Of a DNA stretch of 64,000 nucleotides, positions 1 to 9,414 are shown one piece after another. Numbering within the stretch: the stretch's first letter is position 1; each line of letters opens with the position of its first letter. The translations under genes were made by a program, and so were the position numbers. Origin of the DNA: Antedon mediterranea (Eukaryota > Animalia > Echinodermata); the NCBI RefSeq assembly GCF_964355755.1, contig NC_092673.1, positions 14,728,948 through 14,792,947 of the forward strand, written 5' to 3'. The notes beneath the pieces were generated by a model, which saw only the letters and a program-made list of their open reading frames with translations, had not been told where the DNA came from and searched no databases.

Positions 1-162
1 ACGTTGCCGTCTTCGTCTTCGGAGTAACTGTGCCAAGCGCATCCGTGAACCCCGACCGCGCACTGAGCGTCCAGGTCGCCCACGGACGAGGGGAGGTTGC
101 CGAAGAGGTTGTCGACCTTGATGCCGTTCCTTTCGTCGGTCGTGAGCCTCCTGTACTTCTTC
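1..162 (-). CDS. Partial viral ORF running off the left edge; weak resemblance to a Vsr-like nuclease motif
   Basis: Minus-strand frame KKYRRLTTDERNGIKVDNLFGNLPSSVGDLDAQCAVGVHGCAWHSYSEDEDGN with strong C/G third-position bias. The nearest ATG (~173-175) is out of frame, so the 5' end is spliced or frameshifted. Confidence 0.4.
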
Positions 163-267
163 TATACCAAAACATGATAACAAAAAAAAAAAAAAAAAAA
201 AAAATGTATAATATGCGAGGAAAGCACGAACAACGCTGGACCTTCCTCAAGTTGGTTACGTTCTCTC

Positions 268-306
268 AACCCCACGGCATTATATAGTAGGATTTAAATC
301 TGTAGA
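268..306. promoter_or_regulatory. Candidate bidirectional TATA promoter shared by the two F-box copies
   Basis: caacccCacggcattatatagtaggattt is conserved upstream of copy 2 (caaccccggcatatatagtgggattt, ~2745-2770). Both lie between a divergent minus-strand gene and an F-box gene. Confidence 0.4.
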
Positions 307-1710
307 ATGTATAGAGTCTGGCCGAATAACAAGCATCCAAGAATGGCAGGAGGACTACAAAAAAAACGAGCGAAACGTTGCAGAAAAACGAACGAAGCGA
401 CGAAGATCGATCGTTGCCGTTTGTTTGAACTGCCAACCGAATTGCTGCTGCACATTTTCTCGTTCTTGGACAACACGTCGAAGTTACAGTTCGCCGATTC
501 GAGTCCCTTCCTGGAGAAACTGTCGGGCGACTTGGAAATCGCCGCCACCGAGGCGACCGTCGAATTGTGCACACGTGAACGTGGTGGTGCGGCGGACGAG
601 TTTTCTATCTACCGACCCGGAAACGTGAAGATGTGCGTTCACCGAAAGTTCAAACCGTTTCTCGAACTGCCTCAGATCTCGCTGCAGTTTCACTTGGCCA
701 ACCTTGTGCTGAAGAACGTGCATTTTAGAAAGGGGACATTGCGTCGCATCTTGGAAGGGATTGTTGTTAACTTAGAGTATTTGGAATTGGACTCGTGCAC
801 CGGCGACGTTTTCCACCCTTCCCCCGAACAACTCGTCCCGGAAGACGGCATACGATATTCGTCGATACATTTGAAAAACATGAACGTGCACTTGGACGAC
901 GTTCTTGAAACCCTGCTTCCGGATGAGCGTGTCACCCAATACACCTTCTACGTGGTACTGACCGACTGCAAAGTGACGGAGAAAGATCACGAACAGAACG
1001 GTGTGCTGTTTATTACGTACGACGGACGCAGCCACCCGTCCGATGTCGGTCGTTACTTCAACCTTACCGCGGTCTCGTCCGTGTGGAAAGAAACCGAGCG
1101 GTTGAAGGTTCGCCCCTACAAAGCGGGAGGAAGAGACACGGTGTGCATGCACCGTGTCAACTTGATCAGTTTTCAGGCGGCCGTAGACCATTTCGCCGAA
1201 TCCTCGAACGAAACCTCCCTAGAACTTTCGTTCGACAGCTGCCTTGAGGAACGATTCGGCATGCTCGTGGGTATGCGGTTGGTGTGCTGGGAATCTTTGA
1301 CGACGTTGTTTCTGATATATTCGGTGGCGGAGGAAGACTTTCTTGGCGTTGTCATGTCGCACCACACGAACATAAACTCGATAACGTAAAAAAGTTCCTG
1401 CGGCGATCCTTTCGGCGAGGTGGACACGCATCCCAACACGGCACTGAGGCAATTGAACCTGATCGATATGGTCGTCGACGAGGCCGGCATGGTCAAATTC
1501 ATGACACCGTTCGTCGACGTCGTCAGGTTAAATTTAGAAATGTGCGTGTTCGACGAACGTCTTTTCGCAAAACTATTGCACGAGGCATCCGGCTATGGTT
1601 GGTTCGACTGCGAGTACGTCCGCGAGCCAGGCATGTTGGAACCCGTTGAGATGTTTCTTGAAACGGTCAAAGAAACCGATTTATTATGCAAAAAAATTAA
1701 AATAAAATGA
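307..1710 (+). pseudogene. Viral F-box + LRR-like protein, copy 1, with an in-frame nonsense codon
   Basis: F-box motif LFELPTELLLHIFSFLD; LRR-like segments (LANLVLKNV, LEYLELDSC). TAA at 1387-1389 where copy 2 has TTG. The ORF at 1420-1710 continues in the same frame. AATAAA overlaps the end. Confidence 0.8.
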
Positions 1711-1874
1711 AAAACATATGTTTATAATGAATATTATTACGAGAAATGTAATCGGACCAAAAAAAAAAAAGAAATATAAAATAAAAACAAAATATTCTGT
1801 AATCAGTGATATTTATTCAAGAAAACAATTAATAAAAGAAAAAAGAAAAACCAAATGCATTCTATAAATTTTTG

Positions 1875-2582
1875 TCAATCATGATGACTTTGAAATATTA
1901 CAAATGTCTTCGTTTCATCGTCTTTGTCAGCTTCTTCACTCTTCTTTAGAAGGAACCTTTCGGAAATTCGAATGTCGTCCGGAATGTTAGATGGTGTGAA
2001 CGTAGAATATTCTTGTACGAGCTCCGTTGTCATGTCGGGATGTAATTTCTTCATGACAAATCTATATTCCTTTTGCATAGCCATCTGCGTGCCTGCTATA
2101 AACGACTTTGGAAGGGGAGAGAGTCCCTGTGGAACATAAAAGTTCTCTACGACATCCGACAGAGTTTTCGGTAGGATAGTGTGTTTTCTGGTCATCGCAC
2201 GTTCCATACCATCCGGTACGTTACGATAGAACGTTGTCAAGACTTCCCTTTTTCCTGTCTTTGTGAAATCGTAAAACTTTACCACTACGCCTTTGACGTA
2301 TTGCAACCGGATTCCTTGCAGATACTCGTCCAATTCATCGATGAAATACGTAGGCCTACGTCGACCAGTGTATGTGAATTCTATATACGCTCCCTGGAGT
2401 AGATATGCGATCATCATTTTCAATATCGGTTTTCCCAACAAATTCGGGTGTGCTATCGTTGGATGACTGTCCATACTTTTCAAATTCTCCGGAATGTGCC
2501 ATTGATTGTCATAATAAATTTCGTGCGTGGTATGGTCTGCTGTGCCAACGTCTCGATGCACATCGTAGCCTTCGATCCACAA
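1875..2582 (-). CDS. Viral hypothetical protein; 5' end uncertain or degraded
   Basis: 235-aa ORF convergent with F-box copy 1, with poly-A signals in the spacer. The frame stays open a short way upstream of the TTG start, then hits TGA within A-runs. Confidence 0.55.
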   Translation of the reverse strand: MWIEGYDVHRDVGTADHTTHEIYYDNQWHIPENLKSMDSHPTIAHPNLLGKPILKMMIAYLLQGAYIEFTYTGRRRPTYFIDELDEYLQGIRLQYVKGVVVKFYDFTKTGKREVLTTFYRNVPDGMERAMTRKHTILPKTLSDVVENFYVPQGLSPLPKSFIAGTQMAMQKEYRFVMKKLHPDMTTELVQEYSTFTPSNIPDDIRISERFLLKKSEEADKDDETKTFVIFQSHHD

Positions 2583-2792
2583 AATTCGTTTAAACCTCTC
2601 TTCAAAGTATTCTGTTCTTTGAATTTTCTGTTTTTCCTTTTCTGTTCTTCACAGCATTATTTCCAGTTTTGTTCTCTTTTTATAACCAACCTATTTTCCA
2701 CAATAATAGCCCCCTCCGATGTGTGCATGTGTGTGTTTTTCTTCAACCCCGGCATATATAGTGGGATTTTCAGGTTCTGACACATCTATAGA

Positions 2793-4100
2793 ATGGATAG
2801 AGTCTGGCCGAATAACAAGCGCATGAGAATGGCAGGAGGACTAAAAAAAAAACGAGCGAAACGTTGCAGACAAAATAACGAAGCGAAGAAGATCGTTCGT
2901 TGCCGTTTGTTTGAACTGCCAACCGAATTGCTGCTGCACATTTTCTCGTTCTTGGACAACACGTCGAAGTTACAGTGGGCCAATTCGAGTCCCTTCCTTG
3001 AGAAACTGTCGGGCGACTTGGAAATCGTTGCCACCGAGGCGGTCGTCGGATTGTGCAGACGTCCACGTCGGTTTACGGCGGACGAGTTTTCTATCCACCG
3101 ACCCGGAAACGTGCTGATGTGCGTTCACCGAAAGTTTCTTCTCGATCCGCAGCTGACCTCGCCGCAATTTTACTTGGCCAACCTTGTGCTGAAGAACGTG
3201 CATTTTAGAAAGAGGACATTGCGTTGCATCTTGGAAGGGATTGTGGTTTCCCTAAAGTATTTGGAATTGGACTCTTGCACCGGCGACGTTTTCCACCCGT
3301 CCCCGAGCAACTCGTCCCGGAAGACGGCATACGATATTCGTCGATACATTTGAGAAACATGAACGTTCACTTGGACGACGTCCGCGAAACCCTGCTTCCG
3401 GATGAGCGTGTCACGCAATACACCTTCTACGTGGTACTGACCGACTGCAAAGTGACGGAGGACAATCGAGCAAAGAACGGTGTGCTGTTGATTACGTACG
3501 ACGGGCGCAGCAACGCTCCCGATGTCGGTCGTTACTTCAACCTGACCTCGGTCTCGTCCGTGTGGAAAGAAACCGAGCGGTTGAAGGTTCGCCCCTACAA
3601 AGCGGGAAGAAGAGACACGGTGTGCATGCACCGTGTCAACTTGATCAGTTTTCAGGCGGCCGTCGACCATTTCGCCGAATCCTCGAACGAAACCTCCCTA
3701 GAACTTTCGTTCGACTGCTACGACGAGGAACTATGCGGCATGCTCGAGGGTCTGCGGTTGGTGTGCTGGGACTCTTTGACGACGTTGTTTCTGATAGATT
3801 CGGTTGCGGAGAAAAATTTTCTTGCCGTTGTCATGTCGCACCACCCGAGCATGAGTGCGATAACGTTGAAACGTTGCAGCGGCACTGAGGCAATTGAACC
3901 TGATCGATATGGTCGTCGAAGAGGCCGGCATGGTCAAATTCATGACACCGATCTTCGAAGTTGTCACCTTAAATTTAGTAGAGTGCAAGTTCGACAAAGA
4001 GCTTTACAAAAAACTGTTTTACGAGGCTACCGGCTGCACTTTTAGAATTAATAAATTTCCAAACTACCAACAATTCGAAACGCAGACATCAAGACGTTAA
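2793..4100 (+). pseudogene. Viral F-box + LRR-like protein, copy 2, frameshifted
   Basis: Highly similar to 307-1710. Has a 1-nt deletion near 3300 and a ~35-nt deletion near 3880 (cggc microhomology). Split into ORFs 2793-3353, 3224-4045 and 3894-4100. Confidence 0.8.
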
Positions 4101-4435
4101 CTATAAGTCTAAAGTTCCATATCATTGATATTTTTTTTTATTAGGAATACTGTTTGTTGTTTGTTTTTTGTTTTTGTTTGTTATTTTTTTTTTTAGTGGA
4201 AGAAACTTAATAAAGAAATATACGAGAGAAAAAAAAACCCACAAAAACTCGGCTACGAAATGTTGTTTCCTATTCGTGGGGCCTGTAAACTATATTTCAT
4301 ATAACATAGTCCAAATCATTATAGGGATTCGGTTTAAGAGAAGAAGCACGACGTTCTTGAATATGCGTTTTTTTTTCTCAGACGACAACCATTCATTCGG
4401 TTGCTTCTGTTATAGTCAACTTTCTTCCGTGCCCT

Positions 4436-4699
4436 TCAGAACAGAGAGACGATGTGTTTGTAGCCTGCGTCTCGAAGTGATCCGACAAACGCCTGGTATG
4501 CATGCTCGCCATGTTTTTCTATGTCTTTAAGGATAAAGGTAACCACTCTTTGCCTACTGCCTATAGAGAGAATTTCTTCGGCTTGTATCAATCTATACAC
4601 CCGCCTTTTCACCAGACCCTTCAGCACCGGTAAAGGTTCTAACGATTCCGCGAGTAGAACACGGTGTAAGTGCAAACGCTCTTTGTCTTCCAGCAGCAT
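4436..4699 (-). CDS. CARD-only protein (viral CARD)
   Basis: 87 aa with a six-helix CARD pattern: L..HR..L...L, LV...V.....EEI, R....IL..I...G..AY.AF..SL...GY.H...L, comparable to Apaf-1/caspase CARDs. Intronless and intact. Confidence 0.8.
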   Translation of the reverse strand: MLLEDKERLHLHRVLLAESLEPLPVLKGLVKRRVYRLIQAEEILSIGSRQRVVTFILKDIEKHGEHAYQAFVGSLRDAGYKHIVSLF

Positions 4700-4802
4700 T
4701 CTGACGAATGAACTGGAATTTTTTGTACAAAAAAAAAAATTACACTATTACAACTACATCGTGGCTTCATAAACGATGGCTAAGCCTTTTATTCGTAGAT
4801 TT

Positions 4803-4804
<2 letters not shown>

Positions 4805-4864
<60 letters not shown>
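4805..4864. repeat. (TA)n microsatellite in the divergent spacer between the CARD gene and the 375-aa ORF
   Basis: Seen directly. Confidence 0.95.
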
Positions 4865-4868
<4 letters not shown>

Positions 4869-4948
4869 TTTTTTAATTATTCAAAGTAAAAATTGTACAA
4901 AAAAAAAAAAAAAGAAAAGAAACACACAAACAACATAAAGGTATAGTT

Positions 4949-6076
4949 ATGTTCTCTCTCAGTCTCCAGTCTCCTCATCCACCCAAAGTGGCATACTTGA
5001 TCGCATCCGACTACAGAGGTTCTTCAAAGTCGACCACGAGCACAGTGTTGTTTCGTAAGATAGCGCAGAACAAATTCCACTTTCAACTGTGGTTCAGAAC
5101 GTCCATCCCGACGGAAATCAGACGAGCAGCGATCGCAGTCGAACTGGAGGACGGAAGAAAGAACTTCGGCGTCAGAATTCACGACGGCCACTTTTCGTAC
5201 GACAGACATCTGTACGACAACGGCAAGACGATAGCTTTGAGCGTGATCGAATCGAAACGCCGTCATCGCACTCGGATCGAAGTGGCCGGTGAGGAACGAA
5301 GGTTACTTCTTGCCACCGCTGCTTTCGGTCAAGGAACGATAGCGACGAGCACTTGTCTGTTTCCGTTGTGGGAGACGAAACCGTTGTTTTGCGACGAAGA
5401 CGTACGCGACACCTTCTTTCAAAGGGCAACGTTTCTGAACTCGAGGATAACGGTTACCGACAGGAAGAAGAAAGTCCCACGCTCAAGCAACGAACACAGA
5501 ATGTTACGTCTGATACGTTCCGTTCCGTCGATGATGCTGGTGCGTCCGGAAATTCGGTTACTGCTGACGTTGGGGCTGCTGCTCGACGCCGATCGCTACC
5601 CCGGATTCAAGCAGTTGTTTCAAAGGTGGCGGCCGTGCGTTCATCAGGGTTCCGAGGTAGGTCTTTACGATCCCATCAACGACGAGCTGTTCCTCGGCGA
5701 CGGTCGTACCAGCCGAGATTCTTCGACCGGGATCGTCTACTGGACGAGCGACAATACCGTACGATGCGGCGGCGGCGGCGGCGGCGGCGAACACTTGCCG
5801 CCCGAGATCATGGAAGCTTCGTGCAAAGAGGCGTCGTTGATGGCTCCGCTCTCCATACCGCCTTTCGTAAAGTTTCCCCAAAGCGGCAGCTTCGATCCGG
5901 ATTCGCGTCTGGTGGCGTACGGTCCGACTAGGGAAATGGAGGAGAAGTCGTTCGACGTCGTGACGGAGACGACTTACTTTGACGTGTTTTCCTACGCCGA
6001 CGTCTGCCGGGTGTCGACTGCGGCGGCGGCTGCTTGCAACGTGATCTGTTCGACGATCACCCTGACGAACTTTTGA
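4949..6076 (+). CDS. Viral hypothetical protein (375 aa)
   Basis: Long intact ORF starting right after an A-rich spacer, with viral-block codon style. Its 3' end overlaps the convergent ORF 5992-6699. Confidence 0.7.
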   Translation: MFSLSLQSPHPPKVAYLIASDYRGSSKSTTSTVLFRKIAQNKFHFQLWFRTSIPTEIRRAAIAVELEDGRKNFGVRIHDGHFSYDRHLYDNGKTIALSVIESKRRHRTRIEVAGEERRLLLATAAFGQGTIATSTCLFPLWETKPLFCDEDVRDTFFQRATFLNSRITVTDRKKKVPRSSNEHRMLRLIRSVPSMMLVRPEIRLLLTLGLLLDADRYPGFKQLFQRWRPCVHQGSEVGLYDPINDELFLGDGRTSRDSSTGIVYWTSDNTVRCGGGGGGGEHLPPEIMEASCKEASLMAPLSIPPFVKFPQSGSFDPDSRLVAYGPTREMEEKSFDVVTETTYFDVFSYADVCRVSTAAAAACNVICSTITLTNF

Positions 6077-6699
6077 TACTCTTGAGAAAGATTCTTGGAG
6101 ATGCGTTTGTGATTGACAGAAGTTGTGAGTTTGTTCTTGTTCAACGTGTAAATCTGAAACTGTCTCATCATTTGACAAAGATCGCCGGCCAGTCCGTTTG
6201 ACACCAGCATCGAAACAAACTCGTTTTTATCCATACCGAGACTCTTGTTGAGTTTTTGGTCCAGATAATGGAAGGTGTCGTCGAGCAGTTGCTTGAACCA
6301 TATAGCGACGCCGTAATAGCTTTCGATCCCGTTGATCGTGCGTTTGTTTCTCAACTCGCTCAAGTCCACGCTCACTATCGACGCGTACGTTTCGGCCAAT
6401 ATTTCCAAGTCGGTAGGCTCGTCTTTGGAAGCGGATCGACTGCCAGCCCCGGGGCATCGCTCGAGGTGGTCACGAAGGCCGTCACGTTCTTCGATCGCTT
6501 TCTCGAGCTCGTTCCGGAGGTCTTCGACGACCTTGTGCAACCTGCCGTTCTCGTCTTTGCTGGTCCGCAGTTTCTCAAGCGTTTTTGCATGTTTGCGACT
6601 CAACTCTTGAAAGCGGGCGAACCCGGTGTCTGTGGGAGTGGCATTCTGCCCACTGCTTTCAGGAAAAGGCAATCGATTTAACTGAACCCTCAGAGTCAT
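5992..6699 (-). CDS. Viral hypothetical coiled-coil protein (235 aa)
   Basis: Intact ORF with ATG next to the A-rich spacer; heptad-rich segment LEKLRTSKDENGRLHKVVEDLRNELEKAIEERDGL. Confidence 0.7.
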   Translation of the reverse strand: MTLRVQLNRLPFPESSGQNATPTDTGFARFQELSRKHAKTLEKLRTSKDENGRLHKVVEDLRNELEKAIEERDGLRDHLERCPGAGSRSASKDEPTDLEILAETYASIVSVDLSELRNKRTINGIESYYGVAIWFKQLLDDTFHYLDQKLNKSLGMDKNEFVSMLVSNGLAGDLCQMMRQFQIYTLNKNKLTTSVNHKRISKNLSQEYQKFVRVIVEQITLQAAAAAVDTRQTSA

Positions 6700-6859
6700 A
6701 ATAGTGTGAGGTAATGTTGTTGTTGGGAGGTTTTTTTTTGGTTTTTTTTTTTAGGGGTGGTTTTTAAGGCTAATATTGTTATCGTATTTCTTATTTGTAT
6801 CTTTTTTTTTGGTTCTCCATTTTGTTTTTTTTTTGTTTTTGTTGCAAATGCAAATGCAA

Positions 6860-7237
6860 ATGGAAAGTTGCGTGTACAGATACTTTTCGGAAAACTACAG
6901 GGTAGACGACTTTGTAGAAGAAGACGTCGATCGTACGGTTTCAAGAGCCACCGATCGTTACGTCGAATGCGTGGACAAACTGAAGGTGTCTCTGACGAGT
7001 TTGAGATCGCAGAAAGAGGATGCTGCCGCAGCTGCTGCCACCGGCGACGTGGTCACTCTCATGACCGCCTCAAACAGAGACGTACTCTCGAGAAGTGGCA
7101 GCGATCGCCACGGACCGATTCCGCCGGCACTCGATCCGTCTGCGGAGATCGTTCCGAGTTGGTTCGAAAATTTTGAGAACGCCGTGCGAGGGAAGAAGAC
7201 CTGGTTCAGCGTCAACTACAACCGGAGACCACGATAA
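6860..7237 (+). CDS. Viral hypothetical protein (~125 aa)
   Basis: ATG at 6860 (in-frame alternatives at 6848 and 6854) marks the switch from T-rich spacer to CpG-rich coding DNA. AATAAA at ~7267. Confidence 0.65.
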   Translation: MESCVYRYFSENYRVDDFVEEDVDRTVSRATDRYVECVDKLKVSLTSLRSQKEDAAAAAATGDVVTLMTASNRDVLSRSGSDRHGPIPPALDPSAEIVPSWFENFENAVRGKKTWFSVNYNRRPR

Positions 7238-7347
7238 GTGTTTGTTTTTTTGGGGGAGAAAAACCCAATAAAATGGCGGGGTGAAAAAAAAAACAAAAAA
7301 CGAAAAATAGTTTATTTATTTTTTTTATTTTTGCAAAAAAAAATTAA

Positions 7348-8774
7348 TCATTTTCGGGGACGAAATTGTTTTCGATAGCGGTTATTTTCTTTGCGTGCCT
7401 CCCAGTAGTTGTAGTTGTAATAATTTTCTGGGACAGAGTAGCCTGCGTCTACCGTCGTCGTTTTCGAATGCATCGGCGTTGGGGATCGAGGAGCAAGATG
7501 TTGTCGATTGAGGTCCTTGGCGGAGGCGGCTCGGCTTTCCAAAAGATCGGCGAGTTTCTCGAGAGTGCTACTCTCGTCGGCTTTCTGTCTCTTGTAGGGA
7601 CGCTCATCCCTTTGCTCCGTTTCGTGTTCTCTTTTGTTGTCGGAACCGTAATATCTGCCTCCTTTCCGGGGAGAGAGGGAAGAGTCCCTTCGTCGTTCGC
7701 CGCTTATGCGGCTGTGTCTTCTCTTCCTCGAACGACCTCGCTCGTTTTCGCCGAGTCGCTCTTCGACGCTTTTGAAGTAATCTTTGCAAACGCTGACAGC
7801 GTTCTCGTTGGTTTTCGCCAGCAAGTTTCTGTGAACGTCCAGTATCTGTTCCATCGAGGAGGCTTCGGAAATCGCTGCTTTAAAAGATTGCTTATTTGGT
7901 TCTTGAAAGCCCTGTCCGACGTGGCGTCGTCGACGAGTTCGTTGGCGGCCCTGAACGTAGCCGCCACGTCCACTTCCACGTGCTCGTTTTCGTTCGGGGC
8001 CGTCAACTTTTCGGTGAACTCTTCGAAGTCGCTCATCCTTTTCTTGTACTCCGGCCCCTGTTTGTCCTGCGCGATCTTGTGTACGTTCAGAATGAAATCT
8101 CCGAACTGAACCCTCCAGAGATCCAACTTTTCTTTGAACGTGTCTAGCTTCTGTTTGTTGCACTCGTCCTTGCTCTTGAGCATACACAGTATGGTGTTGA
8201 GATCGTCCTGCGAAACGGTGCTTGCAAGTTTTTTGATCGTCTCCACCTCTTGCAGAATGTTCTCGTCAGACGCCATCACGTTCTCCGCAGGCCCGTTTTC
8301 TGCTCCACGCTTATACCCGAATCTCTCTCTGGCAACTCTAAGCGCCGTTTCTTCGTCATCGCAGTAAACGGCCACCGTTCCTTTCCTCTGGCCTGTCTCG
8401 ACCAGAGAAACTTCTACGCACTTTGTGTGATCGGCTCGCCTGTAGCTGAGAGACAGGCAGTTCAGATTCCGAGAGAATGGGCTGTTGAGAAAGTTCTCGT
8501 CCTCGATCTCCAACAGGACGGCGACGGCCCCGCCGTTCTCCGTGTTGGATCCGGGGTACGTGCGATCTCTCCACCATTTCCGGACGGTGCCGATGCCGTC
8601 CGGGGAATGCACGCCTTTGCCGTTCTCGCGTCCCTTCACGTGCTTCCAACGAACCGGGAGCTTCTCGAGATTCCATCGTTTCACCACGTCGGGAGTCACG
8701 TCGTACTCTTCGTCCCGGGCCTCGAGTTTGACGTCCGTAACCACGTAGCCGACCGCGAACCTCTTTATCTTCAT
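7348..8774 (-). CDS. Capsid maturation protease (assemblin/HK97 prohead-protease fold) fused to scaffold protein; one -1 frameshift near 7880
   Basis: Motifs AVGYV, LPVRWKH (His, ~8642), GIGTV, LSLS (Ser, ~8453) and EVSLVETGQRKGTVAVY align in order with herpes assemblin motifs LPLNINH, VG.V, GLSLSS and HVALCSVGRRRGTLAVY. Then VMA/S, a helical region, a basic RKRR stretch and a C-terminal VDA/G. Start at 8774 is chosen from the ATGA overlap with the upstream stop. Confidence 0.8.
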
Positions 8775-9289
8775 CGCAGCCTCTTCAACTCCTTCTTTGC
8801 GTTCTTCTTTGCGTTCTTCTTTCTCCTGACGTATTTCATCGCTAAGGTACACCTTTCGGCTTTAAGGCGAGCGAGATCCTCTTTGTCGTCTTCTTCTATC
8901 CTGCAAGGTCTGATGCTCAACGTTTTCTCCTTCAGGTCCACCAACGCCGTAATGTTTTTCGACATGCCGATGAGTATCACAGTTAACCAGTCTATGTGTC
9001 TGACGTCGACGAACACCACTCCGTCAGCATGTTTCTTGTCGTCGACGATCGACCTGCAGAAAGACGACATGCGGCAAGCTATCAACGCCACGGTGGGATG
9101 GAGATCGGACCTCTGGAACGAAGAATGGTCGTTTGGGATTCCTAATCCGGCTATCTCGCAATTGCACCGAATGCCGCGAGAGAAGTGCACGGCTCCTGCA
9201 AGGAGAGAACAGTCGATGCAACAGCGCATGCCCCCTCGACACGAATCCAACAAAATCCGTAATTCAAGTTCCGATATGGTACTCTCCAT
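8771..9289 (-). CDS. Viral Cys-rich hypothetical protein (172 aa) with basic C-terminus
   Basis: Intact ORF with CCIDC and CNC clusters and an RRKKNAKKNAKK tail. Its stop overlaps the protease ATG. Confidence 0.65.
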   Translation of the reverse strand: MESTISELELRILLDSCRGGMRCCIDCSLLAGAVHFSRGIRCNCEIAGLGIPNDHSSFQRSDLHPTVALIACRMSSFCRSIVDDKKHADGVVFVDVRHIDWLTVILIGMSKNITALVDLKEKTLSIRPCRIEEDDKEDLARLKAERCTLAMKYVRRKKNAKKNAKKELKRLR

Positions 9290-9311
9290 CGTGTGAATTT
9301 TTTTTTTTTAC

Positions 9312-9379
9312 GTGTGTGTGTGGGTGTGTTTGTGTGTGCAGGGTGTGTTCGTGTGGGTGTGGTGTGAGTGGGTGCCTGC

Positions 9380-9412
<33 letters not shown>
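9312..9412. repeat. Compound (GT)-rich + (TA)n microsatellite upstream of the 172-aa/protease genes
   Basis: Seen directly. Confidence 0.9.

Positions 9413-9414
<2 letters not shown>

Noticed and set aside
5353-9296. Long alternative-frame ORFs (5353-5931, 5558-6178, 7366-8109, 8250-9296)
   Set aside because: Shadow ORFs overlapping better-supported genes in GC-rich DNA, with no recognisable motifs.
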